A stretch of DNA of 50,282 nt from an uncultured Candidatus Poseidoniales archaeon (GTDB taxonomy: Archaea; Thermoplasmatota; Poseidoniia; Poseidoniales; Thalassarchaeaceae), in assembly GCA_902514485.1 (NCBI GenBank), contig CABXQY010000003.1:1-50282 (forward strand). Reading direction: 5' to 3'. Within the stretch, counting starts at the first letter, position 1. Each line of letters opens with the position of its first letter. Position numbers and translations under genes: made by a program. This document shows, in pieces, positions 46,571 through 50,282 of this stretch. The notes under the pieces were generated by a model. The model saw only the letters and a list, made by a program, of their open reading frames with translations, made no database searches and was not told the DNA's origin.

Positions 46571-48636
46571 ACTTCATCCTCCTCGAATTTGCTAAAAATA
46601 TCTATTTTTTCTTGATTTGTACCATTTTCTGTAACTACATGTATGACTTTTTCTTCACCGACATCTGTGTCTATATTATTTACTTCATGAATCTCTTTTC
46701 GTACGGCACTCAAGGCTTCAGTCTTACGAATTTCTTCTAGTATCTTCTCATCTATTTTTGTAGCTCCTATAATATCTCCATTACCTCTGAAAAATACATC
46801 TGTATCTGTCCAGTCTCCTTTACTAAGTCCTGAAAGAGATATATGAATAGTTGTAGAAGAACCTGGATTTAGAGTATCTAAACGCCAAGCCCAAATCCCC
46901 CTTGCTTCTTTTCTTCCTCCATTTGAATTTTCCACAATTGAAACCATATCACTTTCTGGCCATTTAAGCAATATTGTATATGCCCTAGCCCTAGCTGTAT
47001 AATTGAAGATTTGAATTGAACAAGTGGCTAACTTTCTTTCTTTATCCCAACCTAACTCTTCTTCGCAAAAAACTGCATTCATGATTTGAGTTATTACGGG
47101 AGCCAAATCGGGTTCTTCTCTTCCCAATATTTTCGAGGTCTTTTTAGCGATTTCAGGCAATATAACGTTAACTAATTCAAATTTCTCTCTCGCTTTCTTC
47201 CTTTGAGTATTCTTCTTTAGATGATTTTTCAAACCTCTCCCTACTTCCAAAAGACCTTTCCTAATCTCATTGGAAACTTCTTCATTATCTGAGACAGCTT
47301 CTTTCGCTTCACTAGTAAATTGAACATTAGTTGAGGCTAAATGTATCAATACTGCAGCCGCACCTTTGGGTAAGCCCTTTCCGCCCGGATGATCTAACCC
47401 GTATTGCTTCCAATTGATAGATTCAATTGCTTTGGTTAATGCACATCCTCCTTGTTGATACATTAGAGGGACCCTATTTGCGAATCTTAGTACTTCTATC
47501 GGTCCGTCTGCAGACAAATCCCCTCCAAAAACAAGGCCCACTTCAACTTGAAACGGATTTCCTTGACTAACTGTCGGTAACCTTGTAACTGTTGATGCGA
47601 ATCTAGAATCTATGGCCTTAGATAGCCCCTTTTTAATCAATAAATCATCTATCGGAGATAGACAATCTGTTGGAGGAGGTAAGAGTTTTACTTTTTGAAA
47701 GGCTTCAATTAATTTTTTTGCATCTTCAGAATTGATTCTCTTAGGATTTCTAATTTCTTCTATTTCAGATGATGACAATAGTTCTTTAGCGGCTCTCATA
47801 CTTACTCCTGAGAAATTATGTCGGAGAAAAGAAGTCATTCTCTTCTCTTCAGACTCTCTTAACATTCGTTGCAAGGTCCCTAATTGAATTCCATGAGGGT
47901 GAGGTTTTATTTCTTCTACAACTCTTGGCAACCTTTCACTTGTTCTAATCCATTTTGCATCCTCTATTATTTCTCCATCTCTATCTCTAACTATGAGAGA
48001 AATTGTGGCATGCGGATTAACTATCGACGTCATTCTCAGATATTGAAATACAGATTGTTTTCCACGTTGATATTTTGCCTTCATTATAGTTGCAATCTTC
48101 AATCCATGAATAACTTCTTTTCCTGTATTTTCATCCAGCCAAACATCTCGTCTTTCTTTAGATTTGATGGCTTTATTCTTCCTAGTATCTAACCCCAACT
48201 CTACAAAAACAGCCGAAGAATCATTTTTTATTTTTGAAACCACTCGTGTTTTGGCCCCTGTGGTTAATTGAGAATACATCACTACGCCTGTGATCCCTAT
48301 ACCCTGCTGCCCTCTAGTTTGCCTTATTGCATGGAATCTAGAGCCTAGCAAAAATTTACCAAAGACATTTTCTATAGCATCTCGTGGTATACCTGGTCCA
48401 TTATCTTGTGAAATTAATTCTATATCGTCACCCTTTAGCCTATTAATTTCAACTTTTATTTCAGGAAGGATTCTCGCTTCCTCACAAGCGTCCAATGAAT
48501 TGTCAACAGCTTCTTTAACTGCTGTAATCAATGATCTTTGCAGGGAATCGAATCCTAAGAAGTGTTTATTTTTCTCAAAAAATTCACTTACGGCAATTTG
48601 TTTTTGTTTACTAGAAATGTCGCGTGCATCTACCAT
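46567..48636 (-). CDS. top6B: DNA topoisomerase VI subunit B with C-terminal extension
   Basis: EFFEKNKHFLGF, KEAVDNSLDA, DNGPG, RGQQGIG, KPHPHG and RFANRVPL. GGAGG SD favours ATG 48636. ATGA overlap with top6A. Confidence 0.97.
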   Translation of the reverse strand: MVDARDISSKQKQIAVSEFFEKNKHFLGFDSLQRSLITAVKEAVDNSLDACEEARILPEIKVEINRLKGDDIELISQDNGPGIPRDAIENVFGKFLLGSRFHAIRQTRGQQGIGITGVVMYSQLTTGAKTRVVSKIKNDSSAVFVELGLDTRKNKAIKSKERRDVWLDENTGKEVIHGLKIATIMKAKYQRGKQSVFQYLRMTSIVNPHATISLIVRDRDGEIIEDAKWIRTSERLPRVVEEIKPHPHGIQLGTLQRMLRESEEKRMTSFLRHNFSGVSMRAAKELLSSSEIEEIRNPKRINSEDAKKLIEAFQKVKLLPPPTDCLSPIDDLLIKKGLSKAIDSRFASTVTRLPTVSQGNPFQVEVGLVFGGDLSADGPIEVLRFANRVPLMYQQGGCALTKAIESINWKQYGLDHPGGKGLPKGAAAVLIHLASTNVQFTSEAKEAVSDNEEVSNEIRKGLLEVGRGLKNHLKKNTQRKKAREKFELVNVILPEIAKKTSKILGREEPDLAPVITQIMNAVFCEEELGWDKERKLATCSIQIFNYTARARAYTILLKWPESDMVSIVENSNGGRKEARGIWAWRLDTLNPGSSTTIHISLSGLSKGDWTDTDVFFRGNGDIIGATKIDEKILEEIRKTEALSAVRKEIHEVNNIDTDVGEEKVIHVVTENGTNQEKIDIFSKFEEDEV

Positions 48637-48777
48637 TTTAATCCCTCCACTTGGTCCTCCCATGTCCTAATGACCTGGGGCCAACTTGTGATGAATGAAG
48701 GCGAACTCCTTAGGCTATTGAAGGATGCGCTTAGAATCGGTCCGAAAGACTATATTTTTGATGATTATAGCATCGTC

Positions 48778-49032
48778 ATGATTGAGCAGATAGTTGATTT
48801 CGCCCATGGCGAGATAGTAGCATACTTCGGAATGATACTTATTTTGAGTGCATTCTTTTTAGAGACAAGAGACGTTTTAGAGAGTAAAGCTCCGACATAT
48901 CTTATGTTAATGGCATCTGGTTCTGGTCTTCTAGCAGTAAGGGCTTATCTTATCTCAGAATGGGCATTTTTAATTTTAGAAGTAGCATGGTTTGCAGCAG
49001 CGGTTTTGGGAATCTTAGCATTAAGAAAATAA
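48778..49032 (+). CDS. Small three-TM membrane protein (CBU_0592-like)
   Basis: G.ILIL.AF...Y..L...GS.LL...A.....AF..LE..W pattern. The upstream extension in the ORF track overlaps top6B and is unlikely. Confidence 0.65.
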   Translation: MIEQIVDFAHGEIVAYFGMILILSAFFLETRDVLESKAPTYLMLMASGSGLLAVRAYLISEWAFLILEVAWFAAAVLGILALRK

Positions 49033-50282
49033 CTCAGGATCCCAGGCCGTAATATATCCTGTAAAAGCACTGGTCATAACAGTTAAAGGACTTGCAAGGT
49101 ATAACTTCCCCGGGCCTGATCTTCCTTGGAAATTACGATTTATGGCGGAAATTGACACTTGCTCATCATTGTCGCTGACTCCTGGGCCAGCGCCAATACA
49201 TGCGCCACATCCAGGATCGATTAATTTAATTCCAGCTTTTTCAAACATATCCGTCCATCCATTTTTTCCAGATAGATCTTTAACTGTTTTTGAGCCAAAT
49301 TGAATATAACATTCTACTCCGTCCGCTACTTTCAATCCAGCATCAAGAGCCGCCTTTGTAACTTTAGCATAATATGCAAAATCATCATCTTTACCGGCAG
49401 TACAAGATCCTGCATATGCTATATCGATATTAACCAACCCTAAGTCTTTGATATAAGCTCCATTTGTAGGGTCCGATGGTACCCCCTTATCTGGATCTCC
49501 TGGGTGAGCAACCATAGGCTGAATGTCATCTAAGTCAATGTCATGTATTCCCCCATCATATTTTGCGCCCTCATCAGCAAAAACAAATGAATTATAAATT
49601 TCTTCTCTAGATAAGCCGGGTCTTCTTTTCATTAACCATTCAATAGTTAAATCGTCCGGGTCACAAATACCGGTTTTAGCGCTGCATTCAGTAGCCATAT
49701 TGCACAAAGTAGCCCTTTCATCCATTGAAAGACTTGAGAGCCCCGGCCCCCCGAATTCCATACTACGATCTAATGTTTCTGAATTAGCCGCATATTTCCA
49801 TAAAATATGTAATATTACATCTTTTGCCGTGCAACCTGGATCTAAACTACCTAGCAAATTAAATCTGATACTTTCAGGAACCTTGACGAATGCGAATTGA
49901 TTATGGATCAAATTTGCATATTCTGTAGATCCCACACCATAAGTTAGGGCATTGCTGGCTCCTCCCATGCAAGTGTGGCTATCCGTTGCCTGAATAAAAT
50001 CTCCAACATCAATAAATTCTTCTCTTGCTACTTGATGGCAAATCCCTGGAGAAACTCCATTCACTGCCGAGTAGTCTCTAACTCCAGTATGTTTCTGAAA
50101 GGTATTTTGTAAATCTCTTAAAGTTTGAATTTTATCTTTAAATTTACCAAATCTAGGTACGCCAGTCGCATATAACAGATGGTCTTCGAATACGGCAAAT
50201 TTTGGTGGATTCGGTATTGAATAATTTTCACCGTATTCTATTTTCAAAAATTCATGAACTTGGGCTGTAGTAAATTCATGAG
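49021..50282 (-). CDS. Aconitase/3-isopropylmalate dehydratase large-subunit family protein, 5'-truncated by the window edge
   Basis: Frame is open to the end (HEFTTAQV...). Motifs GICHQ, DSHT, GSCT, PGCGACIG, NRNFQGR and YLASP. Confidence 0.92.
   Translation of the reverse strand, partial: HEFTTAQVHEFLKIEYGENYSIPNPPKFAVFEDHLLYATGVPRFGKFKDKIQTLRDLQNTFQKHTGVRDYSAVNGVSPGICHQVAREEFIDVGDFIQATDSHTCMGGASNALTYGVGSTEYANLIHNQFAFVKVPESIRFNLLGSLDPGCTAKDVILHILWKYAANSETLDRSMEFGGPGLSSLSMDERATLCNMATECSAKTGICDPDDLTIEWLMKRRPGLSREEIYNSFVFADEGAKYDGGIHDIDLDDIQPMVAHPGDPDKGVPSDPTNGAYIKDLGLVNIDIAYAGSCTAGKDDDFAYYAKVTKAALDAGLKVADGVECYIQFGSKTVKDLSGKNGWTDMFEKAGIKLIDPGCGACIGAGPGVSDNDEQVSISAINRNFQGRSGPGKLYLASPLTVMTSAFTGYITAWDPELFS

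Noticed and set aside
48562-48777. N-terminal extension of the small membrane protein
   Set aside because: It overlaps the top6B start and its promoter region; the hydrophobic family-like sequence starts at ATG 48778.

Overview
Archaeal chromosome segment, most consistent with Marine Group II Thermoplasmatota (Ca. Poseidoniales). The assignment is an inference from the gene set: Topo VI A/B, Dph5, Rpo12, stand-alone GMP synthase subunit A, archaeal-type tRNAs, a bacterial-type UvrA, an acyltransferase and large secreted surface proteins. The window is gene-dense, mostly housekeeping, transport and lipid genes, and is truncated at both ends (beta-CASP nuclease on the left, aconitase/LeuC-like gene on the right). 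It carries tRNA-Asp(GTC) and tRNA-Arg(CCT). I saw no integrase, transposase, CRISPR array or rRNA. Most interesting items: (i) an accessory block at 26141-29637, next to the tRNA-Asp 3' end, containing a six-gene translationally coupled operon (two divergent paralogues of an unknown ~130-aa protein alternating with cargo genes, an uncalled 53-aa Cys-rich ORF, a Ser/Thr-type phosphatase) facing a Zn-finger protein gene; (ii) a 1690-aa surface protein with an integrin-alpha-like layout (seven-blade propeller with an inserted vWA/MIDAS domain, Ig-like stalk, one TM helix, short tail); (iii) a catalytically stripped SdhA-like flavoprotein; (iv) an Rpo12 with an extra zinc ribbon next to a divergent RFC-like ATPase; (v) readable operators for an Lrp regulator and a Phr/HSR1-like regulator.
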